DNA of 64,000 nt, from NCBI GenBank assembly GCA_963843575.1, contig CAWJKZ010000024.1, forward strand, positions 352,001 through 416,000, read 5' to 3'. The notes beneath the pieces are model-generated. The model saw only the letters and a list, made by a program, of their open reading frames with translations. It was not told where the DNA came from and made no database searches. Position 1 is the first letter of the stretch. The number at the start of each line of letters is the position of its first letter. The translations under genes were made by a program, and so were the position numbers. Shown one piece after another: positions 35,317 through 44,883 of the stretch. The stretch comes from an uncultured Acidobacteriota bacterium (lineage in GTDB: Bacteria; Acidobacteriota; UBA6911).

Positions 35317-36318
35317 TCACGAAGAGCGCCTGACCTCGGCTCGCGCCTTGGCTTCCGGCTTCAGGCTCCCGGCTTCCGCTTCGACAAGGTCCTCCGCGAT
35401 CCCGGCGAGGACGTCCCCGTTTTCGACCTCGTCGCGCCACAGCTGCGGCACCGCCTCGAGTCCCGCGAGCGCCCCCACGAAGCTGCCGGCCAGCGCCGCG
35501 ATGGAGTCGGCCGCGTCGCCCGCGTTCACCGCAGCCAGCACCGCGGGGGAGTACTGCCTGGGATGTTTGAGGAAGCAGTACACTGCGGCGGGGATAGCCT
35601 CGAGGGCGTCGTTGCTGGTGCCGATTTCGAACAACCCTTCTTCCACCGGGAGGTGCACGATCTGGGTGATCCAGCGGAGCATGGCGGCCATGTCCTGGTC
35701 GATGCTGGCGATGCGGTCCGCGGTCTCGAGCACCTGGTCTCCGGGAGAGCACCGCTGGGTCGATTGCACCAGCCTCGCCACCAGGTAGGCGACGGCGACC
35801 GAGGCGGCGCGGGCCCTCGGTTCTGTGTGGGTGATGGCGCACTCGTCGAGCGCCGCACGGACGAGGCTGTCGGGCTGGCGCAGGAAGAACAAGCCGATCG
35901 GGGCCATGCGCACGGCGGCCCCGGACCCGCTGCTGAACACGCCGCTCTTGGTCCAGGCGCGCCCGGCGGCGAGGTGCTTGCACGCACGCACGTTCGCGTG
36001 CGTCGGGGTCCGGTGCGGGATCGTGTTGGCGTACCAGGCCAGGAGTGCGTCTGCCTGCCGGGCCGCGTCCATCTTCCCGCACTCGATGAGGCACTCGGCG
36101 GTGGCGAGCATCATCTGGGTGTCGTCCGTGTACGATCCCGCGTTCAGGAAATCGCTGGCGTGGCCCGGGTGGGCCTTGACAAACCCGGATATCGGCTTGT
36201 CGTAGTAGCGGCGTATCTGATCGCGCGTCAGGAACTGGGCCGGCATCCCGAGCGCGTCGCCCACGGCGAAGCCGAGCAGCGTCCCGGCAAAACGGCCGAC
36301 GAGTTCCGTGGAATCCAT
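35317..36318 (-). CDS. ADP-ribosylglycohydrolase (DraG-like)
   Basis: GDALG, YTDDTQM, GSGAAVRMAP, ITH, D.IAALAG. Confidence 0.9.
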   Translation of the reverse strand: MDSTELVGRFAGTLLGFAVGDALGMPAQFLTRDQIRRYYDKPISGFVKAHPGHASDFLNAGSYTDDTQMMLATAECLIECGKMDAARQADALLAWYANTIPHRTPTHANVRACKHLAAGRAWTKSGVFSSGSGAAVRMAPIGLFFLRQPDSLVRAALDECAITHTEPRARAASVAVAYLVARLVQSTQRCSPGDQVLETADRIASIDQDMAAMLRWITQIVHLPVEEGLFEIGTSNDALEAIPAAVYCFLKHPRQYSPAVLAAVNAGDAADSIAALAGSFVGALAGLEAVPQLWRDEVENGDVLAGIAEDLVEAEAGSLKPEAKARAEVRRSS

Positions 36319-36341
36319 ATCCGCCTCCGTCTCGCGCGCAG

Positions 36342-37124
36342 CTAGGACAACCGGCGGGCGTAGTAGCTGAGCGGCGTCGTCGAACGGGTGGAGACGTTGA
36401 CGCGCCACACATACTGCGCGGGCGCGCCGGTCCCCTCGTCGATGATGTTGAAGGTCACCAGGTATTCGTCCGTTCCCTCGGGTTGTGCACTCCATTCTTT
36501 GCTGTTGGGCGTGGTGACGAGCCGGGCCAGTGCGGGATTCTTCTCGATCACGATCTCCCGGGCCAGTTCGCGGCGAGCGATTTCGATGTCGGACAACTTC
36601 GGCGGGGCCGGTTCCACTGCCGCCGTTTCGGGGACGGGCTTGGAGGCTGCGGCGGCCGGTGCTTTGGCCCGGGCAGGCCTCTCCGCCGTGTCGCGCGTCA
36701 GGACGGGTTTGCGCGCCCCTTCCACCTCACCCTTCGATCTCTCCGCCGCGGGGCGCGGGGCCCTCTCCCCCGTAGCGGCGGGGCCTGGAGCGGGCGCGGC
36801 CTGGGGCGGGGAGGCGGGTGCCGGATGAGCCGAGGGCTGGGCCGTCTGCGGCGCGACGGCCGGCGGAGGTGCGGGTTGGGTGTCGAGCATTCCAGGCGGC
36901 GGCGCCTCTTTCACCACGGAGGGCGGCGTATTGGCTGCGACGACGGCGTCCTTCGGGCGTTTGAACCCTCCGAACATCTGGATGGCCAGCAGCGCCAGCG
37001 CGGCCAGCGCGAGCGTGACGTAAAAAACCTTCTTCATGGAAAGCGAATCCGATGTGGGCAACTCGTCCGACTCGGCGCGCTCGCGATACAGTTCCGAAGC
37101 CTGCTGCTTCAGATCGTCGACCAT
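36342..37124 (-). CDS. membrane-anchored Pro/Ala-rich hypothetical protein
   Basis: One TM helix, low-complexity linker, small C-terminal domain. Confidence 0.65.
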   Translation of the reverse strand: MVDDLKQQASELYRERAESDELPTSDSLSMKKVFYVTLALAALALLAIQMFGGFKRPKDAVVAANTPPSVVKEAPPPGMLDTQPAPPPAVAPQTAQPSAHPAPASPPQAAPAPGPAATGERAPRPAAERSKGEVEGARKPVLTRDTAERPARAKAPAAAASKPVPETAAVEPAPPKLSDIEIARRELAREIVIEKNPALARLVTTPNSKEWSAQPEGTDEYLVTFNIIDEGTGAPAQYVWRVNVSTRSTTPLSYYARRLS

Positions 37125-37273
37125 TGTGTCAAGCACCTCGCGACGGAAGTATAACACGCGCCCGAGCGACGGCGCCTGCGGGAGTGCCGCCCGGAGGGGC
37201 GCGACAGATTCGAACGCGCGGCGAGCTCTTTCGGGCCGGTATTTCCTGCGGCGTGGGAGTCCGTGGAAGCGGT

Positions 37274-38524
37274 CTACAACGGGTTCAGCGCTTCGCCGCG
37301 CACGAGGTCCTTGAAAACTTCGCGCTTGCGGATCACCTTCATCCGTTTGCCGCGGACCATCACCTCCGGGGCGCGGGGGCGCGAGTTGTAGTTCGAGGAG
37401 AGGACGAAACCATACGCCCCGGCACTCATGACGGCGAGCAGGTCCCTGGGCCTGACGACGGGCATGTCGCGGTCACGGGCGAGGAAGTCGCCCGACTCGC
37501 AGATGGGACCCACGACGTCGGCGCTGCAGCGGCCGCGGCCGCGCAGGGTTTCCGGCTGGATGGCGTGGTAGGAGCCGTAGAGGCTGGGCCGCATGAGGTC
37601 GTTCATGCCGGCGTCGACGATGACAAACGTCTTGCCGCCGTTCTTCTTGGTCAGCAGCACCTTCGTCACCAGGATTCCGGCGTTGCCGACGAGGACGCGG
37701 CCGGGCTCGAGCAGGACCGTGCATCCCATGTCCCGGACCAGGTCGAGCACCGCCTTCCCGTAGTCGTCGGGGTGCGGCGGGACCTCGTCGTTGTAGGTGA
37801 TGCCGAGTCCGCCGCCCAGATCCAGGTAGTCGATCTGCAGGCCGCCGTCGCGCAGCGCCGTGACCACATCCTTGAGCCGGCTCAGCGCTTCGACAAACGG
37901 CTCGACCCGCGTGATCTGCGAGCCGATGTGGAATCCAATCCCCGTGATCTTCAGGTGAGGCGAGCGGCTCGCCTTCCGGTACAGCTCGGGAGCCGCCTCG
38001 ATGGCCACGCCGAACTTGTGCTCGCGCAGGCCCGTGGCGATGTAGGGGTGCGTCTTCGGGTCCACGTTCGGGTTGACCCGCAGCGCGATGCGCGCGGGCT
38101 TGCCGGCGACCGCCGCGCGCGCGTCGATGATGTCCAACTCGGCCGGCGATTCGACGTTGAACTGAAGGATGCCGGTGTTGAGCGCGAGGTCGATCTCGTC
38201 TTCCGTCTTGCCGACGCCCGAAAAGACGATCTTTTCGGGATCCGCCCCCGCCCGCAAGGCCCGCATGAGTTCGCCGCCCGATACGATGTCGAATCCGGCG
38301 CCCAGCCTGCGGAACAGGCTCAGAATGGCAAGGTTCGAATTGGCCTTGACGGCGTAGCAGGTCAGGTGGGGCAGCAGCCCGAACGCAAGGTCGAACGTCT
38401 TGAAATGGCGCTCGAGGGTCGACTGGCTGTACAGGTAAAAGGGGGTTCCGACCTTCTTGGCGATGTCGGCGACCGGAACATCCTCGCAGTAGAGCTTGTT
38501 TTTGTTGTACCAGAAGTGGTGCAC
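37274..38524 (-). CDS. lysA: diaminopimelate decarboxylase
   Basis: YAVKAN, HIGSQ, DLGGG, EPGR, GPICESGD, SNYNSR. Confidence 0.96.
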   Translation of the reverse strand: MHHFWYNKNKLYCEDVPVADIAKKVGTPFYLYSQSTLERHFKTFDLAFGLLPHLTCYAVKANSNLAILSLFRRLGAGFDIVSGGELMRALRAGADPEKIVFSGVGKTEDEIDLALNTGILQFNVESPAELDIIDARAAVAGKPARIALRVNPNVDPKTHPYIATGLREHKFGVAIEAAPELYRKASRSPHLKITGIGFHIGSQITRVEPFVEALSRLKDVVTALRDGGLQIDYLDLGGGLGITYNDEVPPHPDDYGKAVLDLVRDMGCTVLLEPGRVLVGNAGILVTKVLLTKKNGGKTFVIVDAGMNDLMRPSLYGSYHAIQPETLRGRGRCSADVVGPICESGDFLARDRDMPVVRPRDLLAVMSAGAYGFVLSSNYNSRPRAPEVMVRGKRMKVIRKREVFKDLVRGEALNPL

Positions 38525-38634
38525 CCGGCGACCTCAGAGAGTTTGGATTTTAGGTTTCATGGGCCGGGCGGGTCAATCAATAAAACTTCGGGGGCCTTCT
38601 GCGGCCACCACTCGTGTTGCGGCGGAGACGACCG

Positions 38635-39813
38635 CTATGCCCCGAAGACGATTCTTCCTGCGACCATCGTCTTGACGACCCGCAGCTGCGCGTCGAGAAA
38701 CACGAGGTCGGCGTCGGCACCCGGCGCCAGGATGCCGCGGATCTCCCCCATTCCCATGGCGCGCGCCGGGACGGCGCTGGCCGCGGCGACGGCCCCGTCC
38801 TCGGGCACCCCCATCCATCCCGCCAGGTTGCGCACCGCGCGGTCCAGGGTCAGGGTGCTGCCGGCGAGCGCCCCCTCCTCGTCGCGGCACACGCCGTTCT
38901 CCACCCGGATGCGCTTGTCGCCGAGGGGGTACAGCCCGTCGGGCATCCCCAGGGCGCTCAGGCCGTCGGTGACGAGCAGCGTGCGCTCGAGCCCCTTGAG
39001 CCGGACGACCAGTTGGACCGCCGTCGGGTGCACGTGCACCCCGTCGGCGATCACCTCGGCATAGACCCTGTCGTCGGACAGGATCGCCCCCAGCAGTCCG
39101 GGTTCGCGGTGGTGCAGCGGCCGCATGGCGTTGAAGGTGTGGGTTGCCAGTGAAGCGCCCGCAGCGATGGCGGCGCGGGCCTGCTCCTCGGTGGCATCCG
39201 AGTGTCCGATGGACACGCGGATCCCCAGGGCCACAGCCTGGCGCGTCAGCTCCAGCCCCGGGTCCATTTCCGGCGCAACCGTGATCCTGCGCACGCAGCC
39301 GCCCGAGACCTCGACGAAGCGGTGCAGGGAAGTCGCGTCGGCTTGCCGCAGGTAGGCGGGGTTGTGGGTCCCGCGCCTCAGCGGATTGAGGTACGGCCCC
39401 TCCATGTGGACGCCGATCGGCCGGGCACCTTCGGCGACCAGCGCGTGGTGCGCGGCATAGCCGCGCAGCGCGGTTTCCGTGTCGCCGTCCGGGGCGCTCA
39501 GGGTCGTGGCCAGAAACGAGGTCGTGCCATACCTTGCCAGCGTTGCGGCCACCGTCTGCAGTGTCTGGAGGGTGCCGTCCATCAGGTCGCAGCCGCTCGC
39601 GCCGTGCACGTGCAGATCGATGAAACCGGGTGCGACCGTCGCTCCCGGCTCGTGGATTTCGCGGCCGCGCGCAACCCGCGGCACGGCCGCGCCATCCAGG
39701 ACCTCGGCTATCCTGCCCGCGCGGATGCGCAGGAGCGCGTTGGCCCGGCGCTCAAACGGCGTCAGCAGGGTGGAACAACGTACCCAGACGTCCTTGTCAT
39801 TTTGAGCGATCAT
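38635..39813 (-). CDS. nagA: N-acetylglucosamine-6-phosphate deacetylase
   Basis: PGFIDLHVHG, HMEGPY, HTFNAM, DGVH, LAGS. Confidence 0.93.
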   Translation of the reverse strand: MIAQNDKDVWVRCSTLLTPFERRANALLRIRAGRIAEVLDGAAVPRVARGREIHEPGATVAPGFIDLHVHGASGCDLMDGTLQTLQTVAATLARYGTTSFLATTLSAPDGDTETALRGYAAHHALVAEGARPIGVHMEGPYLNPLRRGTHNPAYLRQADATSLHRFVEVSGGCVRRITVAPEMDPGLELTRQAVALGIRVSIGHSDATEEQARAAIAAGASLATHTFNAMRPLHHREPGLLGAILSDDRVYAEVIADGVHVHPTAVQLVVRLKGLERTLLVTDGLSALGMPDGLYPLGDKRIRVENGVCRDEEGALAGSTLTLDRAVRNLAGWMGVPEDGAVAAASAVPARAMGMGEIRGILAPGADADLVFLDAQLRVVKTMVAGRIVFGA

Positions 39814-41102
39814 CTCTACCCCCGGTTGGCGGTGCCGCGGCCCTGTAGGCGCGGTCGAGCAGTTCGATCGGGTGGGCCGTCTCGACCGGGATCCGCTGGG
39901 CGCGCAGCCCCAGTCCGATCTGGATGAGGCAGCCCGGGTTCCCGCTGACGACGACCTGCGCCCCCGTCCGTTTCACGTGGTCGATCTTGTCTGCCAGGAT
40001 GCGGGCGGCCATTTCAGGGTGTGTGATGTTGTAGATCCCCGCGGAACCGCAGCAACGGTCCGCGTCGCGCAACTCGACGAGCTGCAGCCCGGGGATGCGG
40101 GCCAGCAGCCTCCGGGGGGCGGCCTTGATCCCCTGGGCGTGCAGGAGGTGACACGGGTCGTCGTAGGTGACCTTGAGGGGGAGCCGTCCCATCTCCCCGG
40201 TGACCCCGAGCTCGTCCAGGAACTCCGAGATGTCTTTCACCCTCCGGCTGAACGCGGCGGCGCGGCCGGCATAGCGGGGATCGTCCTTCAGAAGGTGCCC
40301 GTACTCCTTGAGCATCGCGCCGCAGCCGGCGGCGTTGACTACGATGAATTCGGCCCTGTCGCCTTCGAAGGCGTCGATGTTCCTGCGCGCCAGGTCGAGC
40401 GCCCGGCCGACGTCGCCGTCGTGCAGATGCAGCGCGCCGCAGCAGGTCTGCCGCCGCGGGGAGCAGGCCGAAACGTCGTTGCGCTCGAGGACCCTCAGGG
40501 TCGCTTCATGCACCGGCCCGAAGAGTTCCGGCATCATGCACCCCTCGAAAAAGGCGACCCGGCTGCGCCCTTTTGCAGGCGCCGTGGCCGGGAGTGTGGA
40601 GACCGCGGCGGGAGGCACTTCGGGAAGGAGCGCCTCCATGGCTCGAATCCTCCCGGGGAGCAGCTTCAAGACTCCGGAGGCCCGCGCGAGTCTCCGGGCG
40701 CCGCTGCGCTGGTAGAGACGCAGCAGCCGGAACACGGCATGCATCAGCCGGCGGCTGGGGAAGACGGCGTCGAAGACGATCTTCCGCGCCAGCCGGGCCG
40801 GCAGCGACATCCTCGCGTGCTCGCGAATGGCGGCGCGCGCGTCGTTCATCATCAGCGAGAACCGGACCCCCGACGGACAGGCGGACTCGCAGGCGAGGCA
40901 CTCGAGGCACATGTGCATGTGCCGCCCGAATACCGGGCTTTCCGGCGCGACGCGGCCTTCCCCGAGCCCGGTGATGAGGTGGATCCGGCCGCGCGGCGAG
41001 TCGACCTCGCTGCCGAGCTGCAGGTAGGTCGGGCAGACGGCGAGGCAAAGGCCGCAGTGGATGCAGTCGAGATTAGGCTGCGGCACGTTCGCCCGCCGAC
41101 AT
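39797..41102 (-). CDS. glcF: glycolate oxidase Fe-S subunit GlcF-like (frameshift near the 5' end)
   Basis: CIHCGLCLAVCP and CLECLACESACP; CCG domains. Confidence 0.85.
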
Positions 41103-41103
41103 C

Positions 41104-42378
41104 TCAGATCCCCCCGACGAAGCGGCCGCGGTTGAGCAGCGCCTGCGGGTCGAATTCCCGCTTGATTCGGCGCATGATCTCCAGCGCCGGCGCGTCGTAG
41201 CCCCACACGTCGAACCCGGCCTTGACCTCCGGCCGGACCGTCTCCACCACCATGTGCCCTCCGCTGCCGGCGCAGCGCCGGCGCAACACGGCCAGCCCGG
41301 CTCTGAGCGCGTCGGAAGCCGGGGCGCCGTCTTCCCAGAGATAGCGGCCATACAGGACGTACGTCCCGGCGTGACAGTACACTTCGAGCCGGGCCCGGAG
41401 GCTGTCGGCCATCTCCTGCATGCGCTGCGCCACGTCGGCCGCAGCACGGTGCACGACCGAGCACTTCACCCGCGCCTCCTGCCCGCCGGCCGGCGCTTCC
41501 CGAGCGCCGGCCGCCCCCTGCCAGAACAGGCGGGACTCCTGCGCACCGAGCTCGAGCAGGACTGCCCTCGAGCCTGCGGCCGCGATCTCGAGGGCACGGC
41601 CGGCCTGCCAGCGCACGGCGGGTGACGTGTCGCCGAGCCGGATCATCAGGACCCACGGCGCGGCCGCCCGGCCGGACGCCGTCCGGCTGAAGGCGGCGCC
41701 GTTCCAGGCTTCCAGGGCCTCAGGCAGCAGATCGGCCCGGAGGAGGGACTGTGCGGTCTCCAGCGCTGCGCCGAACGTGTCGCAGCCCAGGACGACGGTG
41801 GTGGCGTCTTCGGTGAGCGGCATGACCTTCAGGGTCGCCTCGGCGACGATCCCCAGGGTGCCAAGAGCCCCCGTGTACAGCTTGCACATGTCGTAGCCGG
41901 TGACGTTCTTGACGAGTTTGCCGCCGGCCTTGGTCTCCGTGCCGTCCGCGTGCACGACCCTGACGCCGAGCAGGAAGTCGCGCATGGTCCCGTAGCGGAA
42001 CCGGAGGGGGCCGCTGGTGTTGCACGAGACGAGGCCGCCGAGCGTGGCACGCTTCGGGTCCGGCGGGTCGAGCGGGATGAACTGGCCTTGACCGGCCAGC
42101 ACCTCCTGCACCTCTGCCAGGGGGGTGCCGGCCCGCACCGAGACCGTCATGTTGTCCGGTTCGTACTCCGCGATGCCCCGCAGCCCGGAGGTACGAATCG
42201 CCACCGCTCCCCGGGGGGCAAGGTTGCCCAGGTGCAGCTTCGTCCCTCCCCCGACCGGCAGCATGACGGTCCCCGCCGAAAAGGCACGAGCGGCGGCCTC
42301 GCGGAGCTCCGCGGTCGAACCGGGAGCTTCCTCGCATTCCACGGGGATATCGTCGACCAGGAAGGGAGCGTGCGCCAA
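41104..42378 (-). CDS. glcE: glycolate oxidase FAD subunit GlcE-like
   Basis: GGGTK, GGKLVKNVTGYDMCKL..GTLG, FDP..LNRGR. Confidence 0.88.
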   Translation of the reverse strand: MAHAPFLVDDIPVECEEAPGSTAELREAAARAFSAGTVMLPVGGGTKLHLGNLAPRGAVAIRTSGLRGIAEYEPDNMTVSVRAGTPLAEVQEVLAGQGQFIPLDPPDPKRATLGGLVSCNTSGPLRFRYGTMRDFLLGVRVVHADGTETKAGGKLVKNVTGYDMCKLYTGALGTLGIVAEATLKVMPLTEDATTVVLGCDTFGAALETAQSLLRADLLPEALEAWNGAAFSRTASGRAAAPWVLMIRLGDTSPAVRWQAGRALEIAAAGSRAVLLELGAQESRLFWQGAAGAREAPAGGQEARVKCSVVHRAAADVAQRMQEMADSLRARLEVYCHAGTYVLYGRYLWEDGAPASDALRAGLAVLRRRCAGSGGHMVVETVRPEVKAGFDVWGYDAPALEIMRRIKREFDPQALLNRGRFVGGI

Positions 42379-42385
42379 GGGAGCC

Positions 42386-43840
42386 TCACAGGTACCGGCA
42401 ATGCCGGGAGGGGAAGATCTTGCCAGGGTTGCACAGTTCGTCGGGATTGAACACCGCGCGCAGCTTCAGCATGGCTGCGAGATCGGCGTCGGTGAAGACC
42501 ATCCCCATGTACTCGTTCTTTTCGCTGCCGATGCCGTGTTCGCCGCTGAGCGTGCCCCCGGCGTCGACGCACACCTGCAGCATTTCGCGGGCAAGCGCGA
42601 TCACCTTTTCCTCCTCACCGGGTGTCCCGCGGTCGAACAGGAGCACGGGGTGGATGTTGCCGTCGCCCGCGTGGAAGACGCTGGCCAGGCGGATCCCCGC
42701 GCGGTCGGCAATTTCGTAGAGGCGGACCACGACGTCGCTCAGCCGGTTGCGGGGCACGACGACGTCCTGCAGGTACAGGTCGCGGGTGAGCCGTCCCATG
42801 GTGCCGAAGGACTGCTTGCGCCCTTTCCAGATCGCCGCCCGCTCTTCCTCGTCCCGGGCGACGCGGGTCTCCGTGCAGTTGTGGGCGCGGCAGATCGCAA
42901 TGACGCGGTCCGCCTGGCTCTCCAGCGAGGCGGCCAGCCCGTCGAGTTCGACGATGAGCACGGCCTCGGCGTCGGTTGGGAGCCCGGCGCGGTTCACCGA
43001 AGCTTCGACGGCCACGATGGTGCGGTGATCCATCATCTCGAGGGCCGCGGGGATGATGCCGCCGGCGATGATCCCCGAGACTGCGTCGCAGGCGTCTTTC
43101 ATGCTGGCAAAGGCGGCGAGCAGCGTCTTGACCGCCTGCGGGAGCCGGGTCAGCTTCATCCCCGCCAGGGTGGCGATTCCGAACGTCCCCTCCGATCCGA
43201 CGAAGACGCCGACGAGATCGTAGCCCGGACAGTCGGCGGCGAGGCTGCCGAGCGCGCAGGCGTCACCCCAGGGTAGGACCACCTCCAGGCTCACGATGTG
43301 GTTCGTGGTCATGCCGTACTTGAAGCAGTGCGGGCCGCCGGCGTTTTCCGCCAGGTTTCCGCCGAGCGTGCTGACCATCTGGCTCGAGGGGTCGGGCGCG
43401 AAGTAGTAGCCGCGCGCCTCGGTGGCGCGCGACAGCTCGATGTTGACGAGCCCGGGCTCCGCGAGGGCCTGACGGCCGTCGTAGTCGATCTGCCGGATCG
43501 CCTTCATGCGCGACAACTCCAGCACTACACCGCCGAGACGGGCCACGGCGCCCCCGCTCAAACCCGTGCCGGCGCCCCGGGGGACGAACGGGATCCCATG
43601 GCGGACGGCCGTGCGCACCGCGGCGACGACCTGGTCGAGGTCGGCAACCATCAGCACCGCGTCGGGGGTGTGCCGGTGAAAGGCGAACCCGTCGCACTCG
43701 TACGCCATCGTCTGCTCGGGCTCGGCAAGGACGTTTTCCGTCCCCACGATGGCGCGGAATTCGTCGAGGATCTGCGGCGTCAGCGGGGTGAGGCGGCGCG
43801 GCTGCGGCCCTTCGAGGCGCGTGTCCATAAGAGGGCGCAT
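42386..43840 (-). CDS. glcD: glycolate oxidase subunit GlcD-like
   Basis: PRGAGTGLSGG, PDPSSQ, ENAGG..KYG, HAGDGN.HP, GEHGIG.EK. Confidence 0.92.
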   Translation of the reverse strand: MRPLMDTRLEGPQPRRLTPLTPQILDEFRAIVGTENVLAEPEQTMAYECDGFAFHRHTPDAVLMVADLDQVVAAVRTAVRHGIPFVPRGAGTGLSGGAVARLGGVVLELSRMKAIRQIDYDGRQALAEPGLVNIELSRATEARGYYFAPDPSSQMVSTLGGNLAENAGGPHCFKYGMTTNHIVSLEVVLPWGDACALGSLAADCPGYDLVGVFVGSEGTFGIATLAGMKLTRLPQAVKTLLAAFASMKDACDAVSGIIAGGIIPAALEMMDHRTIVAVEASVNRAGLPTDAEAVLIVELDGLAASLESQADRVIAICRAHNCTETRVARDEEERAAIWKGRKQSFGTMGRLTRDLYLQDVVVPRNRLSDVVVRLYEIADRAGIRLASVFHAGDGNIHPVLLFDRGTPGEEEKVIALAREMLQVCVDAGGTLSGEHGIGSEKNEYMGMVFTDADLAAMLKLRAVFNPDELCNPGKIFPSRHCRYL

Positions 43841-43972
43841 TATAGCGAAATAACGCGCCGGTCACCACCGGCACGGTATTTCGCCCGAGCGGCGGTCTGA
43901 TGTATAATCCGCCGCGAAAAGGTCTCAGTAAGAGCTTGGCCGCAAACTGGTTTTCCCAGGGAAGGGAAGGCA

Positions 43973-44845
43973 ATGATGCCCGTGACGCGCAGGAAGAGAC
44001 GCGACGAGATCAAGGTCGCCATCGCTCCTTTCCGGAGCCTCGCGGACTACAACACCTGTGTGGACATCCAGCGCGAAGTCTGGCGCTTCGAAGACATCGA
44101 CGTCACCCCGGTCTCACTGCTGCTGGCGACGGAACACTGCGGCGGGATCTCGCTGGGCGCCTTCAACAGCCTCGGGGAAATGGTTGGGTTCGTCAGCAGC
44201 ATGCTCGGTTCCGACAACGGACGGCTGCTGCAACACTCGCACATGCTCGCGGTCCGGCTCGCCTACCGCAACTTCGACGTGGGCTACAAGCTGAAGCTGG
44301 CCCAGCGCAAGGAAGCGCTGCGCCGCAAGATCGGCCTGATCACGTGGACCTTCGACCCCATGCAGCCGCTGAATGCCTACTTCAATCTGGGGAAGCTGGG
44401 GGCCTGGGCAAGCGCCTACGAAGAGAACTTCTACGGCGAGTCGACGAGCGCGCTCCACCGCGGGCTGCCGACCGACCGCTTCGTCACCCGGTGGGACTTG
44501 GCGGACCCGGCCGTCGAGAATCGGCTCGAAGCCGGGCCGCCGCACCACGACCTGCGCAAGGAACTGAAAAAATACTCGATCGTCAACCGGCTCGAGGAGG
44601 TCGCCCCCGGGATGACCACGTCCTCGCCCCTGAAGCTGAACTGCACCGATAAGGAGCTCCTCTTCGAGGTGCCGTACAACCTCCCCGACATCAAGAACCG
44701 CAATCTCGGAGTGGCGCTCGAGTGGCAGGGGAAAATGCGCCAGCTGTTCCGCCACTACTTCAAACGGGGCTACGCCGCCACCGATTTCTGGGTTGCCGAG
44801 GAAGAGGGTCATCTCCGCGCCTTCTACCTTCTCGAAAAGCGCTGA
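43973..44845 (+). CDS. GNAT-family acyltransferase
   Basis: HSHMLAV..G.KLKLAQR..WTFDP.Q..NA.FN..KLG..GLPTDR. Confidence 0.85.
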   Translation: MMPVTRRKRRDEIKVAIAPFRSLADYNTCVDIQREVWRFEDIDVTPVSLLLATEHCGGISLGAFNSLGEMVGFVSSMLGSDNGRLLQHSHMLAVRLAYRNFDVGYKLKLAQRKEALRRKIGLITWTFDPMQPLNAYFNLGKLGAWASAYEENFYGESTSALHRGLPTDRFVTRWDLADPAVENRLEAGPPHHDLRKELKKYSIVNRLEEVAPGMTTSSPLKLNCTDKELLFEVPYNLPDIKNRNLGVALEWQGKMRQLFRHYFKRGYAATDFWVAEEEGHLRAFYLLEKR

Positions 44846-44883
44846 AGAACTTCGAGCTTCTTTGAGTCCTTTGAGCCTGCGAG